DNA of 64,000 nt from Paraspadella gotoi (taxonomy: Eukaryota > Animalia > Chaetognatha). A program made the translations under genes and the position numbers. Shown in pieces: positions 11,501 through 28,075 of the stretch (positions within the stretch are counted from its first letter, which is position 1; each line of letters opens with the position of its first letter). The DNA is taken from NCBI GenBank assembly GCA_051294375.1, contig CM119267.1, positions 23,065,486-23,129,485 of the forward strand. Direction: 5' to 3'. The notes under the pieces were generated by a model. That model had not been told where the DNA came from. It saw only the letters and a list, made by a program, of their open reading frames with translations, and ran no database searches.

Positions 11501-13366
11501 AAGGGAGTCGGCGAAGAAAGAAAGAAAAAAAAGAAAAGAGGAAGCGAAAGAAGAATCTACGCGGTGAGAGATTCACTTTATTTTTATTTCTCAATTCTGA
11601 GAGCGAATCAAACGCCGCCGATCGATTATAAATTTTGACTTGAATCATAATCGAGGGAAAGCCGGTGGGGGTGAAAATCGTTAAATAGTATTTAGTGCAA
11701 TGATTTCTTACCACATACAACATCGAACTTCATCTTTTTATTCTCTCTCTTGTAATCCCGGTAGGTAAAGCCCCACCCCCTACGCCTTTCAAAGCGGAGA
11801 CGTCTAAATCCCAAAGGCTCGATATCTCAGAGGACGATGATGACGACTCGACGGTCGGGAGTCCATTTTCGCACTTGGACCGACAATCGCCGACAGTTCC
11901 GGAGGTGAGAAAGTTGGTGTATTGTGTGTGAGGGGGTAATCGAGGAGTTATATATACTTATTCTGTGGGGGAAACATGGCTACAATGAGTTTTTTAAGAA
12001 TATCTTCAGCGTTAGTCCAAAATTTTTAATACCTTGTCATCTTTTCCAGATTATGCCGACCGAAAGAAGCGAATCTACGAAAAAACCAGAGTTGAATAGG
12101 AGCGGCAACGGTTTTGGGTGCGAAGGCGATAGGAAGGGCGACGGAGAAGGGAAGCGAAGTAGGAAAGACGAACGGAGCGATCGGAGGTCGGATGCGCGAA
12201 TTGATCCGGGAGCATCCTTCAAGGCAGAGTCGAGGCCTGCGTCGACGATAGAATACAAGTCGGAAAGTAGATCGAGTTCAAAGACGAGGCCAAGTTCTCG
12301 GACCGAAGTAAAGACGGAACCGAGGCCCGATTCTAAGGCGGAATCCAGACTGGACTCCAAGTCTAAAAGTAACCGAGTTAAGAACGAAGACAAAAGCGAC
12401 TCTAAACCGAAATCCAAATCGGATTCTAGGCCCAATTCAAAGTTAGAATCCCAGCCCGATTCCAAATTAGAAAACCGGCCGGATTCTAAGATGGAGGCCC
12501 GGTCTGAGATTAAGAAAGAAATTAAGAGTACAGAGTTCAAGAGCGAATCGAAGGCGGAATCTTCCGAATCGAAAAGAGATAAACTCAAAAACGGAGGCAA
12601 AGAAAAGAACAAAAAGAAACGCGATTCCAACGCCGCCTCCAACGAACCGGCCTCCAAATCCGCTCCCAGCATCAAAGTCGAACCTCCGCCGAGACGACAA
12701 GAATCTCCGGCGTCCAGCGAAACGATCGCGCCTTCCTCGAAAAAGTCGCATGGCAGGGAAGACGTCGACGTCCCTGCTCTCTCTTCTGCCCAATCGAAGA
12801 AATCCTCGAAGAAGCATTCCAGAAACTCGAAAGGCTCCAAGGGCGGACGGGAGACGAGGACAGAAGTCGACTCACCGGAAACTCGGTCGACCCCAACGCC
12901 GCCGATTCCCTCATCCACTTCGACGCCGCCAATTCCCTCATCGACTTTGCTTCCCGTCGCCGCCGAAGACGCGGATCTCGGAAAACCTTCTCCGCAGGCG
13001 TCGTCTTCGTCGTCGGAACCCTGCGCCACCAAACGCCCAGACGACGAATCCGCCGCTGTCGAAGAGGACGACATTGACGACGCCGACCCCGCCGATATCG
13101 AAAGACGAAGCGTCGACGCCATTCGAAACCGTAAATACTTTCACGACAACGCCTACCTGGCCGAGCTACTCAAGCTGAAGAACGAGTTGACCGACCTCCA
13201 CGATCCGGGACACTGGCGTGCCTTGAAGCGGGTCATTGACAATGCAGACTCTAAGACCTTGACTGGGGAGAAATCGTTTTACTTTGATCTGTGCTCTCTG
13301 GATCGGGAGACGGTTGCCTTGCTGACGACGACTTTGCGGCGATTAAAGGAGGGGGTAAATGGCTGA
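8530..13366 (+). CDS. MLLT1/MLLT3: ENL/AF9-family protein (YEATS domain, long Ser/Lys-rich linker, C-terminal ANC1-homology domain)
   Basis: N-terminal THEWRVYV..FVEKVVFYL..PPFQV..GWGNFDIPLEVYF..EPRKIRY..ITFRKPPEEFRELLLASGG; C-terminal AYLAELLKL...FYFDLCSLDRETV typical of the AF9/ENL AHD. Internal low-complexity exons approximate. Confidence 0.88.
11148..11455. other. GC-rich, hairpin-dense island inside an ENL intron (unassigned ncRNA or TE fragment)
   Basis: At least seven consecutive stem-loops visible, e.g. GAGGTACCGG/CCGGTACCTC, GACGG/CCGTC, CTTGGGG/CCCCAAG, CTCCTT/AAGGAG; family not recognised. Confidence 0.45.
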
Positions 13367-14378
13367 AAGAGATAAAGAGAGAGAGATAGATAATTTTTTC
13401 TAGACTATTTATACCTTGCGTTAATTTGAAAGTTGGAATTATGAATTAAATTATTTATCTATTTTTGACGAAAACTTTTCTTTACCGGGAGATTTAATGA
13501 ATCTAGCTCTGATTTTGTTTTAGACTATTGTTGATTTAATGCTGAAGGCTTCATATTATAAAATCATAACGTTATTTGTCGAGCCTAGAATCGGTACCAA
13601 CTTTAACTATTCGACTAAATTTGATAATAATTTGCATGATGAATTATAATGAACGTAGCTATTCTTGTTGTTCAACCGAGTTTCAGATCCTTGGTTCGCA
13701 TAAATATCTTAAAAATGGTAAAACTATTATATCTTTTGAAATTGGTACAACCATTATAAAAATTAACCAATAACCATTCATTTAATAAATAAGCTATCGT
13801 ACCCCTGACTTTGGACAGGCTTTGGAGGTTTAAGGCCTCCATCATCCTCTTATAAGATAATGACATAGCAGGCGCCTGCAAGGCTTGCAGTGCAAGCTTT
13901 CAATCAAGACTTTCTCACAGTCTTGTTTATTCACTCCCTATCAATGAAGTGGCATAATATTTAAAAGAATGTTTTGTTTGAAAAGTCTACTCAATTATCA
14001 ATTATCATTTTTTCTCAAGTTATTTTTAATTTTACTAGCTTTAACCTGCTATTACAAGGTTGGCGACGGCTGTTTAGTGTTCATGATTCTTGAAAACGAT
14101 AGTAAATAAGTAAATAGTAAATAAGTCTTTAAAAAAGAACAATAAGCAATTTTGCAATTAAGCATCTATTCATGACAAACGTAATTGTTACTAAGTTAAT
14201 TTAGCATTTTGCTTGGAACCGATTAAAAGATCGAAAAATCACGCTATGCTTTTTATCTGCATTTTGTTACAGTAGTTAAATTTTAAGGCGGTTTCAACAA
14301 TTAAACACATCGCAATTTCGCTTTTGGCGAAATACAAATTAAAAACAGAAATAGAAACAAAGCCAATCGAAGAAAAAT

Positions 14379-15924
<1,546 letters not shown>

Positions 15925-16696
15925 TGAATAGAGTCAGACCTAAAATAAAAGAAAGAATTAATTTCTTTTAAATAAAAAAAAAAAACTAGACAAATGCTGA
16001 GAACATGGTCGACGTCACCCTTATTCTGTGTGTCAATTTTAGTTTGTTTTTTTTTTTCGCCACCCTTTTGACCACCAAAAACAGAAATGTCCTCATTCCA
16101 GATTTTTTTTAGGGGGTGACAGTCGTCCGATGGTTTCCGTTGAAAATACAAAGGAAACGTGTCTTCAGTTTTGTTTCGTTTCGTTCGCGTTTTTTCTCCC
16201 CATCTTTTCATGAAAGTTTGATTAGTTTCGTTTCTTAACTTTCTTTTGATTAAAATAAATTTTAGCGTTATATCGGTCGGATTTGTTTTGCGAAACTCAT
16301 AACATAAGTCATAACACGAATTTAACATCGTTTCTCCTATTTTAGACAAAATGGTTTGTTTGTTTTTGTTTCATTATTGTCATAAATATGTAAGATCTTT
16401 CCAGAAATTGTTGACGAGTATGAATATTGTGAAAATGAAGTGCAAACTATTAAGTTAGTTCATTGAAATTCCGCGTATTCAAAATTATTAAAGATTATCG
16501 TGGAAAAGTCCCGTTCAAGACTTCTCTCTTTCACGATCGATAGTTTTTTTTTCGCAGAACGAAGTATCTCAATGTTGTCATTTCTGAAACAAGAAACCTT
16601 TTAAGTGTTATGTTTTCATTTTATATAATTTCAGATGCTTTGTTTGTAAATCATTCTCGAGCGCGAGAGCCTCGGTATGTTTTGGAGGGAAGTCAC

Positions 16697-19170
16697 ATGA
16701 CAAATGCAGGATCCTCAGGCTCAGCATTACCTCGAAATGGAGCTCGTGGAAACGAATTGCAGGTATACCCAAAAAACTAATTAATCGAATTTACCAGTTA
16801 CATCCGAAACTTGGACAATAATGATGTCAGATAATCATTTTATATTACTTTTCACAATAAGGCGCTTGGTTTCGTTGTCTTCCAAGAGTAAAAACTCTCA
16901 CAGAACGGAAACGCATCGTTTTAAAACGGTACGATTGCCCGACGATTCGCTTGCGGCATTAATATTAATTCTTCACCATTTATCAAATCACTTCACTCTT
17001 CAGGGATGCCGGTTGAGTTACTCCTACACGCGCGGCTGTCGCCACCTGCAAATCGGATGCTACGTGGCCGCTTTCGCACTGGGTTTCCTCGTTTTCATTC
17101 CCTTGGGCCAAATCGTTAAGGAGTACAAGATCATGGGCTGCATTCTCTTCGCCGACGTCTCCTACGTCTTGTCCGGTCGGTGTCTTTGCGCGTGCATGTT
17201 GCCCGTATTTGAGATTCCATTGCGTGCCTTTCCCCTTTGTTATCGTTCTTATTTTCCCTTCAGACAACGGTACTTTGGAAATCGTACCCGAGAAGAGTCG
17301 ATTCGGAAGGGATTGGGATTGCGACTTTTGCATGTACGCGCCCGTTCTCAGTTCCATACATTCCTTTATTTGGTGTTGGTTCATCGTTTTGTTCAGGTAA
17401 GAAGGAAAATGTTGTGGAAATTTCTAGCCTAATGGGTCAACTCCTTTTGAACTCTCTTACTTCAGTCGCACTTCTGAGCTGGACCCTCAAAAGGCGCGAC
17501 AAATTCTGTTGCCTTCTCTCGTCTTCGACTTTCTGATGTGCATTTGCTGCTGCTGCAGCGCCTCCCTGTTGACGCGGGGGTTCTGGGACTTGTGCTCCTC
17601 CATCGAGCGCGGGAAATTGAGTCGCTGCGACCGCGCAGGTCAGTGTGAGTGTCGGTTGTGCGCTGTACTAATTGACAGAACGTCGCATCTCAATTTTCAT
17701 GATCAACTTTTTCGTTTTCTCTTTCTTTTATTTCAAATTATGCTTGTGTCCGGTGTATCCCTTTCATATTTATCAACCCTTTTCTTTTCCTCTTTTTCAT
17801 CTTTTTCATCTTAACGCTTTCCTCGCGCGACCGTCAGACACTTTCGAGTGGCGCGGCGTCCGCTTCGTCTTTTCCAAAGTGTTTCAATCCTGCAGCTCGG
17901 CCAAAATATGCAGCTGGCTTCTCACGGCCACCTGGGCCACCCTCATCGTTATCACCCTCGTTAGAATAGTACTTGAGTACAAGCAGGGCGCTTATCATAG
18001 CAAGCACGTTGCCAAATCATATCCTGAAAATACCCTCACCTCCTCCTCGTCCAGTCATCACAGGTAGACAGACAGACAAGGAGACGAAGCCGAACTTGAA
18101 ATCAAACTTTTGAATGACATTTGAAAGTATTTTGATGCAGATAGATCTAATAATAAGAATATGGGGATTTTATCCGACTGGGATAGAAAAGGGGAAAGTT
18201 GTCTCAGAGCAGGGATGTTCTCGCCTTATTAATAAGGATAACTAAAATTATCATTTGTTCATTTGGACTCGTTTAGTTTTGTGAGTTTAATGCAGTTTGC
18301 AGAACTGTCGTTATGGTTTTCCTTACTCTCCGTCCCTTACCCTCCTTGCCCGCAGCTTTCATCGCTTGCAATGTCTAACATCGGAGGCGAGCAAGTGTCC
18401 CAATCGAAAGAAGAAGCGACGGCGCAGGCTGATGATTCAGCAGGAGGCCGTCGACGGGGCGCGCGGTTCCATCGAGGAGGTCGCGGAGATCGAAGAGTCA
18501 CAATACACGCGGCTTCGGGTGAGGCGAAGACTCCGCTAAAGGGTTGGGTTGTTATTATAGGTTGATACTTAATGGGTTTTTTTTTTAATTATTATTTCGC
18601 CTATTTTTTTTTTTTCAGAAATCCATCGACGTCTCCCTCGTTTCTCTCAATTCCGTCGCGATGAAGGCGTCCCTAGATTCGAACCCTCGCCGCCAATCTT
18701 CGCCCGTTCTCCCCAACACGGCGCCTCGCGACGGACGCCTCGAGGCCCGACCTGAATCGTCTTGCCTCACCTCGCCGTGCACGCCGACGTCTCCGTCGTC
18801 GCGCCTTCCCACCAGCGACACCTGGCCGCGGGTGACTTTCAAGGATCTCGTCGAAAGGGGGAGCAAGTTTATCGACGCTTCTTCGGACGACGCGTCCATT
18901 TGTTCGACGATCAACCTTTTGCACGGGTCGGTGACGGTGAAGGAATGTTTTTTTTTTATGTCTTCGATGTTGTAGTTGCTGCCAAATATTCACAAGTATT
19001 CGGCGTAATTTTTACTCGTTCGTATTAAAATATGTCTTTTTAACAATTCTTACTAATTCTTATTCAGGTCGGAAACTGACTCTCGCGATTTTCGCGAGTG
19101 CTGCTGCGAATCCTGCTCGCCGGATCGCTTGGCGACGTCGGCCAATGTCGTTTTGGAAACATCGGTTTGA
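16697..19170 (+). CDS. TMEM179: TMEM179-like four-pass membrane protein with extended C-terminal tail
   Basis: Four hydrophobic helices with GCILFA, FGRDWDCDFC, GFWDLC and SWLLTATW motifs resembling TMEM179; three further phase-compatible exons (about 18356-18518, 18619-18926, 19068-19170). Start exon and tail are inferred. Confidence 0.65.
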
Positions 19171-20592
19171 CGAGATCGGAATTTTAAAAAAATTAAGGAG
19201 GCGGAAAAATTTGGGAAGCGTAAAACTTGTATTGGATTCGTGTCTAGTCAAAACTGGATTTCGTGGAGCAAATGATTTTTTTTTTTCGTAGAAAAAAAAC
19301 AACTTTTTCATTAGTGCACCGTTTTATAACAGTTACGTGCGAATAATTTATTGTCATATAAATTAAAAAAACTTAGGTGATGCACCTCTTCACCTCAACC
19401 ACTAAAAATGGACAGATTTTAACCTAATTAATTTGCAATATTTCGCGTTCCGACGAGTCGTGTTTTTTTAATGGCACGAAAAGAAACGGAGACTACATGC
19501 ACCGATGTTACAAAATGAAATCGGAATTTTGACGTGCAAGTAATCATTTCTTGGAAATACACGACCTTCATCGCGTTTTTCCTGCGACAAGTGACAACGA
19601 TCGTTTTTATCGGCCTCTGTATTTCTCGCCCGTAACCATTCATCACAGTATTCACCGTAATCTCATTGGTCATAACTCGCATGTGTAAACATTCGAATTC
19701 ACGATCGGCTATAACCGAATCTCTCTTGCTGTGATATTGTTTTTCCCACAAAGTTTAATTCGCACTTGAATAAAGAAGTTTAAGAAGTTTAACCAAACCG
19801 AGCGCAATAAGTCGTGCCTGATTTTTTCGGATGAAAACCGAACGTACGGTTTTTTGGTTTTTTGGTTGTTTTTTTTTTTTTGTCAAAAATGTTGACTGGA
19901 GATTTTTTTTTTTTTTTTTTGCCGAAAATATCCCAATTGAGAAATGTTTTACTTGTAAAACGGACATATCCGTGGTCAAAGTTACATCGCTTTCGCCAAA
20001 GTTCCTCTCTATTACGCCATCATAATTTTAAATAGAATTAACCAACTGCAATGTTACGCGATTTATCGATTCGTTGTTTTACTTTCTTTTTGAACATATT
20101 TTTGTAACTTTTTTGTAACGTCATCTCATAACATGTTGACTCTTGTTTTAGTAATTATAAACAGTTTGTGCATGTCTCAATTCACGAAGTTCTTTCTTTC
20201 TCTTCCATTTTCATTCGATCTCCCCCCGTTGTAGCCATGAATATAAAAATTGATTGACTCCATCGACAATGTCAATGATGGAAAGACCCTCGCTATGATG
20301 CTGGCCAATCCGAACAATCTATCCAGTTAAGTAAGCAGTTTGCCAGGCGTACGAAACAATGTTGAGTTGACTGTTGAACGAGTAAAGATTTTAAAATATT
20401 TAGAGATTGTAAAAAGCTAAGTTCCGACTTCATTTGAGATGTACACTTTGTTCTTTACCGAAGACTTGACGAAATTCAGACGCTTTCCTCCAAATCCGTC
20501 TTTGACCAGGAACAGAAAGGGTGAAGCGATAAGCTGACTTTGTATCCAAACATTACCTTGCCTCACCAGAAGCGGAGTCGAGCGGGATTGCG

Positions 20593-21848
<1,256 letters not shown>

Positions 21849-22299
21849 CAATTTCCGCTCAGTCTAGGGGATGTGAATAGCGCGACGAATTGATTTCAAT
21901 TCCTGATTTCATTTTTTTTATTAATTCCTTTTATATTAAAAAAAAAATCATAATCCGATTTCACAAACCAAACTTTGTTACATCGTCTAGACTGAGGCGG
22001 GTTTTCTTCGAGCATGATTCTATTATTTTACTCCATTTTTCACAATCCGCATCGTTTTTTACCTGAGAACATTTTACTCGATGATTTTGACTATACGTTT
22101 TCTACTTCGTCGTCATTTTCTTCGACCACGTCAGTGCAGGACACTGTGATGGTCCAATCATGGATTCATGCGCAAACACGCTCGCATTGTATGACCGTCC
22201 GAGATTTTTTTTTCATTATAGGTTAAAGTAATGACACTTATCAATGACTTTTTCCCGTCCGGCGTCCGCGGTTTCCCGCTCAAGTACCTCAAACTGTCT

Positions 22300-24293
22300 A
22301 TGCGGCACCTTGCACTGCTCAGAATGAATCCGTATTGCCGATTTTGTTTGAGGATTTTGCAGATGATTCCAGTGGTGTTCATCTTATGGTGAGAGTCGTG
22401 GTTTTTCTCATGATTTGTGGGGGTAATGAGATTTAACTCCCAATTTTCATACCCTATTTTAGCGTCTTTGTTTGGTCATATTACGCTTTCGTCTTCGAAT
22501 TATGCTTCTTAGAAATAGGTAAGTTTTATTTAAATCCGTTTTTCCTCCCGTCTTTTTAATCGCATTTACCGAGTTTTTTATTTTTCTCGCAGAATCGGTA
22601 CCAAAGAGAGTATTCTACCTCAGCGTTTTTCACATTCTCATCGGTTTGTTCATGTGGGCTTACGTCGTCACTATTTTTACGTCGGCTTGGCAACCTCCTG
22701 CTCAGGTTAGACGATTTTGGATAAGTAGATTAAGTAGGCGCAAAGTAGAGTGTGTAAGGAGAAAAGAAAGAGTTTTTCTTGCTTTCCAGTTTAAACTGAA
22801 ATCGTCTGACGCACGGCGTGTTGAGAGCGAAGACTCTGACGACGCTCAGCGCCACCTGCTTCTGACCTTGGCCAAGCATCTTCCGGTGTCCAATCGTACC
22901 ATGTCCGGCAACGTTCGATACTGCGAAACCTGTCGCGCCATAAAACCGGACAGGTAAGGAAGTCCCGTTGCCTTCATCTTCGTTTCGATTACTATATCTT
23001 CACCAATCAATAATGAACCAGATGTCATCACTGTTCGGTATGCGGGTTTTGCGTTCTCAAGATGGACCACCACTGTCCTTGGGTCAACAACTGCGTCGCC
23101 TTTTCCACCTACAAATTCTTCGTCCTCTTTCTTTTTTACTCGATGACGTATTGCGGCTTCATCGCCCTGACGTCGATGCCGCACTTTGTGCATTTCTGGA
23201 AGCAGGTGGATAACTTAAAGGAGATGAGGCGAGCTTTATTAACAATTTACGTCGATAGTAAAAATACTAGCAGGGCTTCTAATTTTAATTCTAATTATAA
23301 TCGTGCGTTTTGTGGTTATATTGCCTTTTAAACAGGGTAAGACAGCTCCAAGTACTGGAAGTCAGACAGAAGCGTTGAGACGGTTAGGGAATTCTTTAAC
23401 TTTATGATGTTAGTTTAGTTAATTTTTTGCCATTCGAGTACGATAAGGTCCGTTCAATCAGGTAACAATAATTTGATTTGATTAATTTTTAACGTTTTTC
23501 ATTTCGTTTTGTTAGTACTTTTCTGTGTTGTGTGGAATTCTAAAATAATAAACTACAGTAATAATTTAATGTTATCTTAGGATCTCGAGGAGGGCCCTCG
23601 CTTTCACTTGCTCTTTCTCTTTTTCGTCTCCATCATGTTCACCATCAGCCTTTGCATTTTGTTCACCTACCATTGTTTTTTAGGTAAGTACGGCAAATAA
23701 ATTTACATGTACAACTTTACAAATAAATCTGCATGTCCAATTTGTAAATATAACGTCATATTATTAAGATTCTGATGTTTATTCAAAAGATAATAAATAT
23801 CATTGAAGAAAAGCCAAGAGAGGCAAACCATTTGGTCTATCAGATCCATCTACTGGTCCATTTCCTGCGATGATATTGGTTGGAACAAAAAATTCCTTTC
23901 AGTTCTGGTCAACCGGACGACTCTAGAAGCGTTTCGACCTCCGATCTTTCGCACAGGTCCTGACAAAAGCGGCTACAATTTGGGCAACAAAAAAAATTTT
24001 TTCGAGGTGAAATTTAACTTTTATGAAACCTAAAAAACAATATTATAATTTATAATATCGTAATTATCCATCACCTCTTTTCCAAGATTTTCGGCGATGA
24101 CCCGCGCCTGTGGGCGTTTCCGGTCTTCACCAGTCGCGGAGATGGTGTTTCTTTTCCGCTCCGCAAGTTCCGCGATGAGGAGGAGCGTCTCGGACTCCTC
24201 ACCGAACACCGCCACGCCCGCTGGGAAGAGCGTGGCGGCGGAGACGACGACGGCGACGACGAAGAAGAAGAGATGAGCGTGAAACTCATATGA
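22300..24293 (+). CDS. DHHC palmitoyltransferase, ZDHHC2/15/20 subfamily
   Basis: [82 protein letters not shown]. Confidence 0.93.
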
Positions 24294-25162
24294 CGACCGA
24301 CCGACCGAGATTCTTTCTCTGGTGGAAATCTCGATCGAGGAGAAAGTGAAACGCATTTCCACCGCATTCAAATTTCGTGGAAAGATCTCATGGACACAAT
24401 AGTCACAAAAAGAAGCAACGACGATCCGCCTCCTTATTTGACACGTTTTTCTTACATATACACACAATTCGACTTTTTATTTTCGTCCGTACACAAATTG
24501 ACGAGCTTTTTTTTGGCTGCGCCCTCCATACAGGAAAACCGGGAAAGCATGGTGAATTGGTGTATTGCTTCGACTTTTAAATTAAGAATTTTTGAAAAAT
24601 ACAGTTATTCTTACCCTTAGATGGCATGATCCGAAATTTCACCACTCTTTCAGGATGTAAGTCTTCCGAGTCGGAGAAGCAGCCGAATTTGCTTGTTTAG
24701 TATATTTTATTATTAATTCCATGTATTCGTTCATGTAAGCTATAATTGCCCGCCTATCCTCTTCTATTCCAATTACTATTAAGCCAGGGTCTTCGGGCCA
24801 TTGCATTTTAGTTAGCGCTATCGCTCGGTATTCCGCTCCTCTATTCCGCTCCTCTATTTCTTTTTATAAGAAATTGATCTAGGTTTCGGAAGGGAACCCA
24901 AGTAACAGTCCAGTTATAACTTTTCTAGTCCTTCTGTACAAATGTTTGTGTTTGTTACAGGTTCATGTAATCGATGCGTCGCTAAGAGCGACTAGCTTAT
25001 CCTCCGTGGATTTTTTTTATAGTTCCGCCCATGTGATGGTCACGTGACAACTACTTTCTCATCATGAAGTCGCACATGCAGCCGCGAGGGCGACACGGTC
25101 CTCCTTTTCTTCTCATCGGTAGGCGTCTTAGTTTTCTCTTTTACGGTTTTTACCTTGAAACG

Positions 25163-28075
25163 ATGGTGAAATTATCCCGTTCTCATTGGACGTTAGGATT
25201 GGTGGTCGTTGCCGCGATACTCGGCTTCAACTACTGGCACTCTTCTTCTCAGCTTCAAGTTGTCAATCTTCAACTGAACGAACTGCAGCACAACCACGGC
25301 GAACTCGCCGCTCAAAAGCTTCAGCTCGAGTCGACGAACGAGGTGCTGGAGAAAAAGCTTAAGCATAGCGAGTATACTTACGAAACCTTTCGACAGGTGA
25401 GTTTTAAGGATTCGATGATGTTGACGGTGCTGTCGTAAACGTCGCCTTTAAATCGCAGACTCAGGAGAAAAAGGACGAAGAGATGACGGTCTTGTCCGAA
25501 AATCTGAAGCAGATGGAGACTGAAACCAAGCGGAGACGAACGATAGACGATAAGCGAATCGGGGAAGCAAACCTGAAGCTTCAGTCCGCCATGATCAACG
25601 CCTCCAAGGTAATTGCAAAATCTTAAAGCTTCCCTAAGTTGGACGTTGGATCAGATCTACGTGTCTCTCTGTGACTCTTTTTATTTCGCCAGACGGGCTT
25701 AAGCCCGTCTTGGCGTGATAATCGTTTATAATTACGTCATAACGCTTTTTTTATAATTTTTTTATTAATACCAAAAACAGTATTGATAAAATCAGGAACA
25801 GTATCAGTGTAAAAGACTAAAATATTAAAAAACAACAAAAAAAAGATAGTAACGTTTCAAATAGAATCATGAATAAAATGTTATGAACTAATTTTAAAAT
25901 GTTACACTCATTTTTTTATATAAAAATTATTACGAATTATAATTGATTTTTATAAAAGTATGCTCTCATAGTAAGTTAAAAAATTAAATATGGCTTCTCA
26001 TGTTTAAGATCTTTAAAATTGTTATGTTTCATATAGATAAAAATATTTTTTGTTTGAATTTTCTACTTATTTATTGTAATATGCAAATTAAAATATAATA
26101 CTTATTGCAATATGCAAATTTGTATATAATATACTATATTCTTATTTGCATATTATAATAAGTTATAATATTTAAGAAATTTATAAAAAAATAAGTCACA
26201 AAACTGGTAACGAATTAGTCTCAGTGGACCTCTCCTCGTCCATTGACCCGTCAGGCTTACTGGGTGACGCCGTCGTCCACTCGCTTCGTCAATTACTATT
26301 AAATCATTGAACTCGTTATCGCATCGGTTGTTTTTTTTTCTCATTAATTTTCTTTTATAGTAACGTCTGGCGAGATCACTATACTTTAAGATTTTTTCAA
26401 TTTCCAGTTGTTAGAGATTCCTCAAAGGACGAGGACTTAATTAGGCAGCTTCGAGAGGAAAACAATCAACTGAATGCCCAGTTGGCGGCGCTGCCTAAGT
26501 CGGAGCCGGAGAAGGGCGCATCGGCGACCGACTGTAACGTCGCCTGCCTGGCGTTCGCAGAGGCGGCCCAGCAACGCCTCTTCAAGAAGGTCGAGCAGCA
26601 TTTCGGGATCGAGGGACTCGAGCTCTTGAAGTCTTCAGACATGGGCATGACTAAGAAGCCGGGAACATTGATAACGGGACCACCAATGGAAGGGAAGTTG
26701 GCCCCGGACATACTGGTCGTTGACAGGGATGGAAAAAGGATAAAAGGTTCGTGTCATAAAATATTGGATAGTTAATAATTGAATTTATATACTGATAAAT
26801 TTAAAAACTTTACTCTTTGTTACATGACGAAATCTTCTAGATTATTGATGAACGGTTAATTGTGATTATAAGTTTATTTCTTTTGATGAAAGGAAATTAT
26901 GAAGCAAAAAGAATATTAGTATGAACGCCGTAATTGACCCATCTCTCACGCAGTTTGTTTAGAATTCTTTATTCTCCCACTCCTTTTTGAAATCAGCCCC
27001 TAACACCACCTCTTTTGCATCAAAGCCGCACAATTCTTCGGCTGTTGCAGCGGCATCCCTTCCCATTCCTTTAATAACAGGCCCTGCTCGGTTTGCTGAG
27101 TTAAATGCTAGCAAGCAGGAGATAGTCAATGCCACTCAAAATGTTGAAAGTCAATTGAAATCGCAGGAGATTGACTTGTTCCTTAACACCACAGAGCGCA
27201 CAGGGACTCCACTGGTGAAAAAGACAGAGCCAGAATGGGAATCCGTCCTCGTTAAAGAAAATAACTCGAGTCACTCCACTCTTGCCCCAGATCACGAAAA
27301 ACATAGTCTAGGAATGAGAAATTTTTTCATTGATCCTCTCAAGACGCCGGAGCTCAACAACGAAGGTTAAAATGTTGAGAAAACTTGGTAATAGTGTCGA
27401 ACTTTGAGAAATTAGAGGTAAACTAGTCTTTAATATTAACGATTCTGGTTAGATAGTATTGACTGGTGATTTGTCGTATGGTGATTGGTCGCGTATTCAT
27501 GACATGTGTTGTCCTCATCATACATCTTAAATTTATTGGTTGTACCAATATATGAATAAGAAAACGTTGAATGTTCTTTAAAATAACCTCGCTGTTCACT
27601 TCTTTTCCCAGAAGACGACGTTCCCAAACCCCAACCCCCATCCACCATCTCCAACCCCCGCACGCTACCGGACTCTGCTCCCGTCGTTGCCGCCGTCCCC
27701 GCCGTCGGATCCCTGCCCAACAACCCCCCAGCGGACTCGGCCGCCAAAGTGCCCGGCCCGCTCGCCATCGGCGCCGCCGTCTCCCAAGACGCTCGCGAAA
27801 ATCCCCCGGCGCCAGGACTGGAGAAAGCCGCCGCTGCTGCGGGCGAGGACGAACTCGACGACGACGACGACGACATAGTCGACGGAGAGGAAGAGGGAAA
27901 GGGTGCTGGGTTGGAGGACCCCGTGGCGCCCGACGGCGCCAAGCAAGAACCACTTTTAGAACAACCTCCGGCAAGGGGCGTGCTCCGAAAACCCCCGGCT
28001 CCAGACGTCGTGGATGAGATGAATAAAAACATGGCGTTGGAGGACGAGAAAAACGATGGAAAGATCGACGTTTGA
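25163..28075 (+). CDS. GOLM1/GOLM2(CASC4)-like type II Golgi membrane protein
   Basis: Short N-tail, TM ending ILGFNYWHSSS (family signature LGFNYW), coiled-coil exons, then Pro/acidic luminal tail. Confidence 0.75.
25678..26387. mobile_element. Non-autonomous Helentron/HINE-like (DINE-1-like) element in GOLM intron
   Basis: Subterminal inverted repeats TCGCCAGACG (25686) and CGTCTGGCGA (26364); left end folds into perfect hairpin AGACGGGCTTAAGCCCGTCT; AT-rich core; T-rich flanks. Confidence 0.55.

Noticed and set aside
12037-13122. 361-aa antisense ORF
   Set aside because: Shadow of the Ser/Lys-rich last ENL exon; no independent motif.
13672-13881. Possible CR1-like RT C-terminal remnant (SYKRMMEALNLQSL)
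   Set aside because: Similarity too short to support without a search.
23336-23382. Possible cassette exon in the ZDHHC gene
   Set aside because: 47 nt long and would break the frame of the next exon.
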